A DNA stretch of 63,039 nucleotides, filler included. It is 16 parts of 16 records of this genome, joined end to end, with 100 filler letters (N's around TTAATTAATTAA, not from the genome) between each part and the next. Parts side by side here need not be neighbours in the genome. Positions count along the whole stretch, not along the records: positions 48,632 to 54,514 come from SRR9188676_894; positions 54,615 to 56,733 come from SRR9188676_907; positions 56,834 to 60,867 come from SRR9188676_910; positions 60,968 to 63,039 come from SRR9188676_911; 12 more parts are not named here. One strand, written 5' to 3'. Every line of letters begins with the position of its first letter. Positions within the stretch are counted from its first letter, which is position 1. Shown here in pieces: positions 48,742 to 61,230 of this stretch. The position numbers were made by a program, and so were the translations under genes. The notes under the pieces are model-generated. The model was not told the origin of the DNA, searched no databases, and saw nothing but the letters and a program-made list of their open reading frames with translations.

Positions 48742-51700
48742 CTGTGAGTTTGAAGACATCATCCGCAGTGACGAGCACATTACTGGACTTGATATCGCGA
48801 TGAATTAGGGGGGGTTGTAGTGAATGCAAGTAGGTCAATGCTCGGATCGTATCACGCGCAATTTGCCAGCACAGATGCGCTGTTAGCCTCCGTGGTTCGG
48901 ACTGAATTAGGGCCTCGACACTGCCGCCTTGGCACAGCTCCATCACAATGTACAAGTTCGGGGGCTTCGTGCTCGCTCCCAAACACAAGCAGATGTTTGG
49001 ATGCCTCAGGCTCATGGTGAAATTGATTTCACGTGTAAATTCGCGAATGTCATGCTTGCTCAGACTCGGAAGGACTTTGATTGCCACAGGCGTACCCAGC
49101 CAGCTGCCTTGATACACAGTACCGAATCCACCTAGAATTTCAAAAAAAAAGTAAATAACAAGAAAAGAAGGTGTTCTGCCAGAAAATCGGAGCGAGTTGT
49201 ATTTTTAAAATTTGATCCCTTCAACATCCCAACTTCTAAATCATGACGGCCCCATAGGTATACAGTAGCTGACGGCCGGTCGTCAACAGGTCGTCACTTT
49301 TCACCTGACGAACGGTTGACGGCCGCCAGGATTGAGGTGGGATGATGATGTGAATGGGCTTTAAAGAAGTCATAATCGAACAGGGATATGCTGTGTCGCG
49401 AGAAAGATGTTGAGCTTACGAGGATGGACAAAATCAAACAGCACACTTCTATCGGAGGCAATGAGTCTCATTCTTGCCAAAAGGGTGCCATATATGGTTT
49501 TTGACTACAAAACGGATGAATAGGGGACTAGTTCGTACCATCTCGTTAGAGGACATACTAACAATGCAGATGAAATAGTTATGCTGGTCCGGAAAGTTTA
49601 GAGGGGGCTTACTGTGACGTGGAACCATTTTATAACTCTCTGCTCTACCTAATTGGGATGTTTAGCAATAGATTATACAACAATGATTCTGGTAATTATA
49701 AGTGTATCGCATTTATTATTCTACATACCTCGGCCCAGCATGGCGCCAAAATGTAGGTCCTCTGTTCGAATCTCTTGTAGTACACGGCTCTCAGGCTCCT
49801 TCACAACCGCGAATGCATTCTCCAAGGTCTAAGATTAGACAACACGAAACAAGAATGAGCGCTCATTTCAAGTAAGATCAAGATTTGATCTGAGCCGATG
49901 AACCGAAGGGATGACTCAGGATGACGACAAGAAAAATCAAGTCCGAGATGCGAATATGTTGCGAATGTGATTGCTGCGTTATGAGTGATTCCCATTAGGC
50001 ATGATGTGGGTAGCTATTGAAATAGATTTGTATTTCCATAGGGAGAGCTGAAAAAAAGATCCTTGTGCAGGACATTCTCTTTCAAAAGATCGGCGTACCT
50101 CGACTGATTCGGTTCCTTCTACCATCCCTTCAAGAATCTCCTTCACCTCTATGAAGCATGGTCTGCGCTCCGGCTCCGGGTGCCAGCATGCTTCTATCAA
50201 AAGCACCATATCCGATGCAACATTCGATGGAATCGTTGGTCGTAAGTGCTTGACTGCGACTCCGTATTGGATCTGTGGGGAAAGAGAAAGGTGAAATTGG
50301 GGAAAGCTCTCAGAAGAACGAACGATTGGAGTACGTCAAATCGACCCTGTATAATCCAAGACAACACAAAGAAAATATACACAAAGGTCGAAGACTTTGT
50401 CCATAAATATATGATAGGGTAGAATTGAATGCATGAATAACAGTGTATTTATCCAAGTACCTGCTCAGGAGTGAAGCCATCGTAAGGATATTTTGCTGTT
50501 GCAAACTCCCACAGGATGATTCCAAAGCTGTATACATCGGACTTGGTAGTGAACTCCTCATTGCGGAACGCCTCGGGCGGATACCATGGGTAGGAAATGG
50601 CACGGAGTTCGGAGTATGGGTGGCTGTGAGAATGACCAGTAGTGTGTGAGAGCGAAGGAGATTCAGAATCAGATCCTCCATCTCCTGGCTGTGAGGGAAT
50701 CTGGGGCTTCCGGCGCAGTGTCAAATCTTGAATAGTGGCAACCCCAAAGTCGGCAATCTTCACTCGCCAGTCGCTATCCACAAGCTGAAAAAAGAATAAG
50801 GAATAAACATAGGATGTATTTGGAAGAGTGAATCAGATCTAATCATCCCAAGACTCAGAGAAATACTAACTGAACATTGAAACATCAATTTATTTCAGAA
50901 AGGGTTTTCAGGGTTTCAAATTTTGTTAATCGTAATTCACTATTACACGTATACGTGAAAGGATCATAAACTTACAAGATTCGGTGATTTCAAATCGCGA
51001 TGGAGGATCACTTTTGCACCATGAGAATGCAAATACACCATGCCCAAGCACGCATCGAGGGCCATAGTGAGCTTCTGATTCCAGCGAAGGAAAATGGCAT
51101 CGGAATGCAGAATGTCATACACGGAGCCACGAGGCATGAGCTCTGTCACGAGCGCGAGGGGAGACTTCTTGTCGTCAGGGATGCACGCTCCCATGAAGAG
51201 CACAAGATTAGGATGGCGCAAGTTGGCAATGGTGCAGATTTCCTCCATGAATTGTCGCACGACTCGCTTGTCCAATGAGGCTTGCCGGTTCAGCTTTTTC
51301 ACTGCTACTAAACATCCTCTCCAGGTAGCCCGCCAGACCTCCCCAAACCCCCCATGGCCAATTAACTCATCATATACTAGCTCACTGGGATCAATTTTCC
51401 ATGGAAATTTATCCTTTCTACTTCGAGTGAAGAGTATGACAATGAAACCCAAGGTAAGAAAAAACACAATTCCCATCGGAATCAGGATGAGTTTGGAAGT
51501 GCGTGTGACTCCTTGAACTTGACCAGATTGGCACCCTTGAAGAGCTTCGGAATATGTAGTACCATGTGGGCAAACACAGATGCCTTTGGCATTGGGAACC
51601 ATGCCACCACTACATTTGACAGGATTCACATTCACGAGAAAGGGACTGGCGCTGAGTTGTTCATGGTCTGGCCCTGTGACCTCCACAAGGAATAACCCCT

Positions 51701-53133
51701 GATTCGATGTTGTCATGTTGAATTCATAGATACAGCCTTGTTTGGGCACCTCTTGCCATTGGGCACTGGGGCGGAAGTCATGTTGGGAGTGAACAGCATA
51801 ATAATATTTTGTCTCATCACTACACAAGATAGTATTCGTGATCTGATTGATGTTCTTAATGCTCACTGTCACTGGCTGTCCTTGATGTACATCCGCACAT
51901 ACATCCATCAGACTGCATGATGTTGAAGTATTGCGCTTGGGGGTGAGAGCAGTGATGGTTTGGTTGAATTGTGGAATTTCGAGGCAGAATGGGCAAATAC
52001 AATCGACTCCTTCAGGACATTCGGGTGCATCACATTCATCGAAGGCCTGTCTCGACTTCTTCATATCTGCAAGATAAATTCAAGGAAAGTATAAGAGAGT
52101 TCAATGATACGTATGCTGAGGAGGATAAACGAACGATGAAGAAGAGGAAACACCAATGCAAAACAAAAACTCGGATAAAAATCCAAGATTTGTGATTCTG
52201 ACCTGCAGGACATGTGATCGCATCAAAGTATGTTTCAGGCTTTGTTGGTTGGGCAGAACAGGGAGTTCCCATCTGAGTTTGCAAGAAATACTGATTGGTG
52301 TCTGGTGCAGGTGGGATCCATCCGGCATATTTGCCTGCCTGAGCAGCTGGATTGCTCTGGTTCACCTCGAGAAGTGCGTCTACGATGAGTGCAGTGAGGG
52401 TGCTATTCAGATCACCGATGGAGGCGAAGCTCCAGCGAGGAAAGAGTCTGGAGGAAGTTGGAAGAGGATAGTCTTTGGTCTGGTATGCATCAATCAATGT
52501 AAGATTTTTGACAGTGGCATTGTACAGACCGGTGAGGAAAACGTCGCTAACAAGACCAACATCGACGTCACCGTTGGTAACATCTTCGATGATTTTTGTC
52601 TGGTTGTAAGTGAATCGAAGTTGAAGAGGATCGGAGAAGAGATTGGTACTTTCTTCATTGGCTCTCATCCATTGGGCAGTGAAACCACACTGACTGATCA
52701 AAGCTGATCCTTCTACTATCTTGCCCTTGATATCACGGATGGATTTAATGTCCTCTCTATCCTTTTGAGTCACAAATAGGCCACCACATGTGCCGATCGG
52801 TCTTCCTGCTTTCATTTGCAGAACCGATAATACAGGAGATACTTCACTTTGAAAGCATGAGAGAATCATGGGAGAGGCAAATAAGAACTCAAGTTGCTGT
52901 GACTCAATAGATTTTGCAATAGCAGAATACTGCACAGGAACGAGCGAAAAGTTGTAGCCATGGTGGGAAAGAGCTTGATTCAAATATGTTTCGAATGTTG
53001 GTTGCCAGAAAGGGAAAAGATTGAGACCACTAAAGTCTTGGAGTCCGATTCGAACGGGAGTGGATGAGATACTGATGCAAACATGACACAACCCCAGTAG
53101 CAGCCATAAGAAGCGGCTTATCCGGTTGGCCAT
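48742..53133 (-). CDS. Single-pass receptor kinase: signal peptide, PhnD-like periplasmic-binding domain, Cys-rich/Ig-like region, TM, two tandem TKL kinase domains (3'-partial)
   Basis: Kinase 1: GHGGFG, VAVK, HRDLKSPN, DFG, WYPPE, SDVYSFG, CW...PERRP. Linker exon ~49727-49797 (LGR|GGFG). Kinase 2: VAIK, HRDIKSSN. Ectodomain: WQPTFETYL, DIKSIRDIKGK, V.NGDVDVG, FPRWSFA. Confidence 0.88.
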
Positions 53134-53583
53134 GAAGAGACGGCACGAGAGAAGCAATTTTCAATCAATTTCGAATTGAAAGAGCGAGACAATGGCGGCA
53201 ATTTTCAATGAAGACTTGGAAATCTGCCAGATCTGCCGAGAAAAAAATTCACTTCGAAAAAACGATTTGGACGCGCAAGCATATAGGGGGGTTCCGGACT
53301 CAAAGCAATCGGGCTTGCTCCCGGATGATTTTTATTATTTTTTAGCATGGGGGGTATACAGGTATATTCAAAATGTTTGGCGTGAGAAAATGAGTTCAGC
53401 AACTTTCTTTGTCTGTCCTCCTGGTGTCATTCGGTGAATCAGGAAAACATTGGCTTAATTATGAAGTCGGGGACAATATCCTTGATAGTTTTTTCAGTCG
53501 GGATTTTGGGAGCTCAGGGTTCAGGCTTCATTCCGGAATTTCTAGAACTTCCAGGGCCGTTTTTTTTTTTTTTCCTTTTTCGA

Positions 53584-54318
53584 ATGTCCAGACTTCAGCA
53601 ACATAATCGAAATCAACGCATACAGCGATCCTTGGACTACAATAAGGAAGTAGAATGGAGAGGCAATTTGCGTGCTTGGACAAAACATTTCTACGAGGAC
53701 AAAGATTTAGTCTTTGGTTCTGAATATCTCCCTTCAACAAGCGAGAAGGCATGCAATCGCACCAGCTTCCACAAAACATTCACTGACGCAACACGTACAT
53801 TCTGAAGCTATTTGAATTTATCTGATTTAAAAACTGATTTGTGATAATTGCTCAGAATCTACACCGCTTCCTCGAGAACCCAATCATCAATTTCACACCG
53901 GAGGACAAACTCTTGAACGGTTTGTCATTTATTTTCTTCCTCTTTCTTTATCCCTGTATTTATTGGTTTTCTGATGCAGAAAGGATGGAATTCCACTGAT
54001 TCGCGCGCTCCTCGAGGGCCATTACTATCAATCTAATGAGACCCAGAGAACGAAAGGAGTATCTGGGCAAAAACATGTAGCTATCAACATTCCGGATCAG
54101 GAACGAGATCAAACAAATCTGAACAAAGAAAACAAACCGAAACAAGAGAAGGACTTCATTCGTCGGAATGTCCAGAGTGCGGCCAACACCCCGAGATTGG
54201 CTCGCCCAGGTTGGACAATTGTCTTATTGGTCGATCTTTCTGAACTGTTGAGCTGATTATCTTTATGCAGATACACCTGAGGAAACACCACGGCCTCAAA
54301 CAGCTCGATCATCTAAAG
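53584..54318 (+). CDS. Unknown spliced protein, N-terminal exons
   Basis: Four short open exons with AG acceptors and GT/GC donors (MSRLQQH..., NLHRFLENP..., KDGIPLIRALL..., TPEETPRP...). Confidence 0.4.
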
Positions 54319-55197
54319 GCAAGTCTCTCGATTTTTTGCCTGAGACTACAGTGCGTGTCGTTTAAGATTTGGAAGGGAAAAAGAAAAAAAACGAAAGTGG
54401 ATTTGTCGTAGAACTCAATCATTTGAGAACTAGGGATGTTTTTCATGACCAGATTCGCCGAAATGATGAAACTGGAAAGGTTTCCCGAAATCTCAAGAAT
54501 CCTAATCACTTTTTNNNNNNNNNNNNNNNNNNNNNNNNNNNNNNNNNNNNNNNNNNNNTTAATTAATTAANNNNNNNNNNNNNNNNNNNNNNNNNNNNNN
54601 NNNNNNNNNNNNNNGGATATTTATGGGCTGAGAATATTGATCAATCCTTAATTTAGTCCCTAGGTGGTCTTGGGAACAGATAGCATGAATCGCACAGTAG
54701 AATCATTCTGGAGCTCAAAGCTTTGTGGCGTCAGGTGCACAATAATATGCCTGAGTTGAAATATTTTCACATGTTTGGTCGTTTCGTTTTGTGGAAACGT
54801 AACGTGTAAAGCACGTGCATATCGATATTGGGGGAAGATCTTGGCTTAATTTTTTACTATATTGGTGCTCTGCGGGCGGATAGATGAGGATTCTATCCAC
54901 AATGAGATCAGCACTACAGAAGCCGAGCCGGTCATGGGAATTGTATCTCATTGTCTTTGACTTGTTGAATGAAACACACTAAATTTCACAGTTGTACATC
55001 CCACTCTCAGAACCCCTACTGTAGCCACTGTACCAGGTAGATGGAATGGAAGCAATGGAATGTTGATTGCACAAAATATATCACAAATGTCAGTTCCAAA
55101 TGAGAAAAGCACAGCTTGGTTGAGTTTCTCTGCAATCGAACAAAAGTGAACATAATCTATTTCAATGAAGAAAGTGCGAAAAGAGAAAAAGACTCAC

Positions 55198-56037
55198 CAT
55201 TTCCGGGGAAAATCGATAAAATATAGGGCTTGCCATCCTTGACAGTCACGATATCATTTCCAGACTTTGCGATCTATCAAGAAATAAGAACGATGTCAGA
55301 TCATACATCGCAGATACTCGAGTGAGAACTGTAAGAGCGAACCTTGTTCCCCAGGTATTCGGCAAAAGCCGTGGAGGCGACAACAACTTGAGAATAGCGA
55401 TATCTTTCTTGAAGAGACTAAATCAAGAATATAACTTTAAGAATGGAGCATCGAATCGGAGAAAGACGGAGAATGTTATTGATGAGATCTGGTAATGGTA
55501 CCTGAGCCAGGGCAGCGACTCTCGCGGGTTGACTATTCTCATCTTCAGGGGACAATACAGTAAGAACCTACAAGAGAGATAGAGTTCAGAAACAGTTTTG
55601 TTTTTACATCCGTGAGAGAATGGATAAAGGACGCAGAATCGGTAGAAAACATAAGACAATGCATATTGTCATTGGGGGAAAATAGGCTGAATACTTGACT
55701 ACAAGTTCTTTTCGTTCCCTGCCTTATTGACTCCTGGAATCTTTGAGATTGCATCAGATGCGACCTTTCCATGGTCCCCACCAGCTAGAAGCACATTTAC
55801 ATGGCCGTATCGTTTCGCGGCAGCGATTGCGGCATAGGTGGTCGATGCAGGCTTCCCTATGGTCGCATAAGATTCAGAGGGGCACGGTTGATGCTGAAAG
55901 AAATGTATCAAACCATCAAGATGTTCAGCAATCACCAGGGATTTGCTGCTATGTACCGAGTAATGTCGAATACGAATAAAACAGACACGATAAAAAGCGC
56001 GAAAAGAGTCGATCGAGACGGAACCATGACGGTGCAT
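55198..56037 (-). CDS. Divergent electron-transfer flavoprotein alpha-like protein, N-terminal domain
   Basis: SLVIAEH, TYAAIAAAKRYG.VNVLLAG, IPGVNK|VLTV, YSQVVVASTAF and DIVTVK...FYR align with the ETF-alpha N-domain. Presequence-like N-terminus. Confidence 0.7.
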
Positions 56038-56362
56038 CGATCAACGATTCGCCGAGAACTTAGAATTTTCTGAGCTCATTTCCCCACATTTACCCTTTAT
56101 ATTAAGTTGTATTAAATACAAATATCTACCTTCCAGAAAATATGGTAACCCGTTCTGTGGCAAATCAAACTAACGATATCCTCATAAATCAATTTCTTTG
56201 GGGGGCATTACAGGACCGTACTGAACAGAAATCACGAAGAGAAAAAATCGTTTCAAGGGGGTAAGAAACGTATATAACGGGAAGTGTCAAATCAAACACA
56301 TCTCGTTTCGATTTTTGGATTTTTGGCTCTGTTTTCACTCTCTGAGTTTTCTCCAGGCAGTG

Positions 56363-56733
56363 ATGCTTCAAACCCGCTTCTCGTCATTTTTTCACAATCA
56401 TCGGATTCGAATCCTCATCTCAGCCTTGGCTTGCGTCGCATGCATTCTCGTCCTGTGGCAGACCATCGGTTCCAGCGAAATTCATTCTCATTCTGATATT
56501 GCGCAACCATCCAAACTCAGAACCTACTATCTCGGAATGCTCAATGTCTCATCAGATCCTTCATTTGATCCTGATAATCAACTTCATGCACCGTACTACT
56601 TCAAGACGTTTCATAATCACCCGGATCTGCTGAAGGAAAATATCACACAGCTCCAAACCGCTCATTTGATTCTTAGCATTGCAGTCGGGTACACTACAAA
56701 TGATCTCCGATATTTCCTCGAATCATTCTCTCA
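56363..56733 (+). CDS. Type II membrane protein, probable glycosyltransferase-like (3'-partial)
   Basis: Short basic N-tail, TM segment ILISALACVACILVLW, stem, then LILSIAVGY...LRYFLESF. Confidence 0.5.
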
Positions 56734-57196
56734 NNNNNNNNNNNNNNNNNNNNNNNNNNNNNNNNNNNNNNNNNNNNTTAATTAATTAANNNNNNNNNNN
56801 NNNNNNNNNNNNNNNNNNNNNNNNNNNNNNNNNCAGAGAGAAAAAGTTCATACACTCCTACTGCGCGATCGACCTGCAGTGAAACCATCTCGTCCCTTGG
56901 CAAAACATCTTGTAAATTATTTGACTAGCCTGATTTGAAGCAAACGAGAAACAAAGATGAGATTGAATTCGAAAATCAATAATAATAAATAAATAAAACC
57001 ATTCAAATTGCACTGCAACCTCACCAGACTGTGCAGAACATATTTCATATCCCTCTGTGCATATTTTGAAGCTTCTTTGTGCACTTCTCGAGAAATTCAG
57101 TCTCAGGACTCGATTGAACATTCTCCTGACAGATGACACATCACATTTTCGATCCTTGCGATCACATCAATCCAAATCCAGCAATTCACAGCAAGC

Positions 57197-60100
57197 ATGA
57201 GGGAACCTGGCATAATTTTCGGCCTGTTGACAATCCTCGGAGCTTTCGGATTGATTATTGCAGGAGATCCATCAGCTTCCGACGGAGTTCGAATCAGTGG
57301 CGCTGTAAAAGACATTCAATGGCTGCGTGACTCCCAGGTATTGGCCAGAACTCTCTGTTCTCTCTTGCTCTGCAACAATGAAGCTCAAACAGCTCATATC
57401 TCCGCATTTCTTGTTTCATTGTTCTGTAGAACTTTTTTCTCTTGAGCGAAAATAGCATTTTGTATAAAAGCAATGATGGAGGTCAAACCATGTACAATCA
57501 ACTCGATAGCATGGAAAATGCTCAAGTTCCCCAGGACACTCTCACTGGAGTAAAGACAGGTGTTTCGGCCATTCACATATGTGCCAAGAACCCACAAAAA
57601 GTTCGTTCACTCTCATGTTTCTTTGCGCTTTTTGAATGAGTGCATCCTCACAAATATTTGCATTCCTTGTCCAGGTTTTCTTCCAGGGTCATGGAAAGTA
57701 TCATTGGACTACCAGCAATGGTGCTGATTCTTCCCCGACTTACACTTTAGTACAACCGCGCGAGAATAACCAAGATTTGGTCTTTAATGGACAGGCATGC
57801 AGCCTTCCCCTTTATTCCTTTCTTTCTTTTCTTTGCTTTTCACTTCGAGACTAATTAGCTCTCCTATGCTCATATATGCATCTATAGTTTGAACTCCATC
57901 CGACCGAATGTGATTGGATCCTGGCTGCTGTTGATGATGATATGTGTCGATGGGATGATACCATGTGTCACAAGAATGTCTATTTGACAAAAGACTTTGG
58001 CCGAACATGGACAAAACTCTCTGGCTTTGCATCGAACTTTAAGTGGGCTCCTGCGGGTCATTCGCCGAAGGAAACAGTATGTTGTCGCAATCTTCACTTT
58101 CTCCCTCTAACATTCCATTCCTCTCGAAATATTCCCTGTGTTGATCGTCGCCGACTGCCTCTCTCATATCTCTTCTTATTTCTCTTCCGCAGATTTTCAT
58201 GACCAGATATGATGAGTCAAGATATCAAATGATGATGGAGACCGTACGTGATTCTCGACCCTTCCTTCCGATGCTCTATTCCTTTTCTTGCTCTTTGCTC
58301 ACCTCTATTTCTGCGTTACATATTCAGGGTCACTCCATGGAGATGTACACGGATTTTGTCCGCTCTGATGACTTCTTTAAGAGCAGCCGCATTGTGATCC
58401 ACAACGGGTTCGCCTTCGCTGTGGAGGGTTCCCACCTGTTCGTTGGCAAGGTCCGTGAAACATTTCAAAATATTGAGGGCAAACTTTCATGTTTTGAGGG
58501 ATGGGGAAAGGCTTCTGTTGTCTTTCAGGCAAAATTCGTATTTCGCTCAGTGGTTCGGAACCCTGTTTAGTTGAACGAACAGGCAGTCTAACGCCATTTC
58601 TTATTATTTTGAACTCGAATTTCTTTTGAGGCTAAAATTTCGTCTGTCTTGTGATTGTTACAGGTGAATGTCCAGTACCCTGACGATATCACCCTCTATG
58701 TCAGTACTAACCGTGGAGATTCCTTCCATCCTTCCGAGTTCCCTTACCGCCTCATGGAAAATGTAAGTTTCAATGATGATTCACTTGATTTTGACGACCC
58801 ATTGCTTTCGCTCCAGGCAGTGGATTTTCTGAGCGTGTCTTTAGTCGTAGATACGTTCACTAGCACCCTGCCGAGAATTACGCTCACATGTTCCATCCTC
58901 TTCTTTTGTTTTTGGACTCGCTTCGTTTTGGGTTCCCTTCATCGGTGCCCAAGTTGCGTCAGACGTTTAATCAGTTATATATTCACACACATATTGGAGC
59001 AAGGAGTCACAGCCCTGATTCTTTAGATTACATTAATATCTTTGCAATCTGCGTCACACATCCATGCACTTCACAAAATTCTAACACTTCCATTCACATA
59101 AACTCAGAATTTTTTCACACCCTTCTCATTTCTGGCATTCCCCTCGATGTATTTGTTTGATCTTCTCACAAACAGTCACGACTCGGCGCTAACTTCCATC
59201 TCATCTATTTTGGAGCCTCTCACACCTACATTGTTGCTCATTGTGGAAAACGATAACTCATCCACTGATTGGCCATCTTACGCTGATCTCTGTATTATTA
59301 TTATTGCTTTCTTCTGTTATTCAGGGCTATGTTGTACTGGACCACACTGAAGGACAAGCGTTTGTGGCTGTTCGCCACGGTTGTGGTGCCGACGAAGAGT
59401 ATGCCAACGTGTATTCTTCAGACGGCAACATGTACAGATTCGCCCTGTCCCTGCGCAAGATGATCGAGGGTGACTTCATTAAGGTGTGCCATTTTTATGG
59501 GATTGCAGGTGGGTTTTTATCAAGGCATCAGGCTCGAGTCTGGTTTGGGTAAATATAAGTGACTTCAGGGAATAATGGTCTTCTAATTCGCCATCAGTTG
59601 TGAGCGATATTTTACCGACACATGTCATTTCAACTGAATCTGGTTTCTACTGATCGTTCTTCGGATTTCTCTCCACTTTGTGACAGATCGAAGGCGTTGA
59701 CGGCGTATACATTGCGAATGTTGAGAAGGAAGGTATGTCGTTCGGCACAGACAAGCAGATCAGCACCAAGATCACATTCGATAAGGGCGGCAAGTGGCAC
59801 GATATCCGTTCCAATGCATCCCCCAAGTTCAACATCTTCCAGCGCGACCCCCTTACTGGCCGTGAGAAGCAGTGTGTGTCATGCCAGCTGCAGCTGCAGG
59901 TATGCTCTCAACTGTGGGAATGGAATGATAAGATGAGGGTGGGAGAAAAGAGAATGCGAGTGTGGAAAATATGTTTGGGTTCGGGCGAGATTGAGTGGAA
60001 GAGAGAGAGCATGGTAATACTCAGAACGATCGCATCATTTGTTCATATTCTTTCATTCCTGGTTTTTTCATCCCTCTCTCTCCCTCTCCCATATACACAT

Positions 60101-60723
60101 GCATTACTTGAAGTCCCAAATTTGAAAGCGACGATTGTCTTTCTCATCAATCGTCACAGCACCAGATTTCAGTGACAGAGGAAAGAAAATCAAGCGATCC
60201 ATCCAGGCCTTGCCATCTCTTGTTGTGGGGATCTATTCAGAATGTGTCAAGTGGGGTGAGAATCAAACACTGCCGGATCCATGTTCGACGGTTGGAAGGT
60301 TTAAAAATTCTGACGCGAAACGATACAGCTTGACTGCACTCGAGAAAGTGAAAATCGAATCGGCGTTTTGTTTTCGGACCTTTTTTTAGGAACCGACTTT
60401 GAGTCTCGAGAAGGTTTCTATCATACATGAGGTTATTGGTTGCTCAAAGAAACTACCGAGCGCCAAGTTTCTCACTTTCCTTTTTTTTTAATTCGCCGTG
60501 ATTCTGAATATTTCTAGACAACAGCGCCATTGTCTCGGGTGGGTTCAGCTGCTTAACTTCGTATTCTTTTTTTCATTCTCATTTCAGGGTCTCGCTGAGC
60601 GGATCTACGCCCCCATCTATTCCTCCTTGAACGCCACTGGCCTGATCCTTGCCTCCGGCAACATCGGTCCCTCCCTCTCTTACCGCGCTGACGAGGTCTC
60701 ACTCTGGTTCTCCCCTAATGCCG
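57197..60723 (+). CDS. Sortilin/Vps10-domain sorting receptor (3'-partial, many exons)
   Basis: Signal peptide; Asp-box repeats YKSNDGG, YLTKDFG.TW, RSDDFF, YVSTNRG..F, ITFDKGGKW; IEGVDGVYIAN; ATGLILASGNIG.SL...WFSPNAG. Confidence 0.92.
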
Positions 60724-61230
60724 GTATGTGTGTTCATTAATGAAGACATTCCTCCATAGTATAGAACACGGTGTCTTTCTTCGGGAGAGGCACAAAGCAA
60801 TGGAAAGAAATTCAAGAATGTTCGTACACTTCCATTTTCACAAAGCGACCTTCTTTTCATTTCACGCNNNNNNNNNNNNNNNNNNNNNNNNNNNNNNNNN
60901 NNNNNNNNNNNTTAATTAATTAANNNNNNNNNNNNNNNNNNNNNNNNNNNNNNNNNNNNNNNNNNNNGCGCAAGGTGTCGAAATCAAATTGAAGAACATT
61001 CCATTCCATAACACAAAGTCAATTTACCAATTTACTTGTCCTAGTTAGAGGGTCGTACAGGGGACAGTGTATCTGAATGCTTCGCAACCTCCCAGTAACG
61101 ATCATGTTCGAATTTGCTTGTTTTTGCTTCTAAATTCTGGGTTTCAAGGCTCCGAGAAGTATTTTTCAGCAGCTAAGTAATTTGTAATAGTTTAAATCGC
61201 CATGAAATGAAATAATCCTGGTCCGACAAG

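Larger units (their letters stand above)
2098..60967. other. 15 artificial 100-nt contig linkers (N44-TTAATTAATTAA-N44) at 2098, 12356, 15064, 17640, 20491, 24071, 27222, 34685, 37489, 40215, 46274, 48532, 54515, 56734 and 60868
   Basis: Same length and core every time. The core gives stops in all six frames, and genes are truncated at the linkers, so adjacency across them has no biological meaning. Confidence 0.98.

Noticed and set aside
18498-56037. Apparent cluster of mitochondrial or RNA-processing genes (Pet127, hydratase, RRM, ZnF-RNase H, ETF)
   Set aside because: Most lie on separate concatenated contigs, so no linkage can be inferred.
2098-60967. Recurring TTAATTAATTAA as a repeat or CRISPR-like array
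   Set aside because: It is always embedded in N-runs of fixed length and is an artificial six-frame-stop linker.
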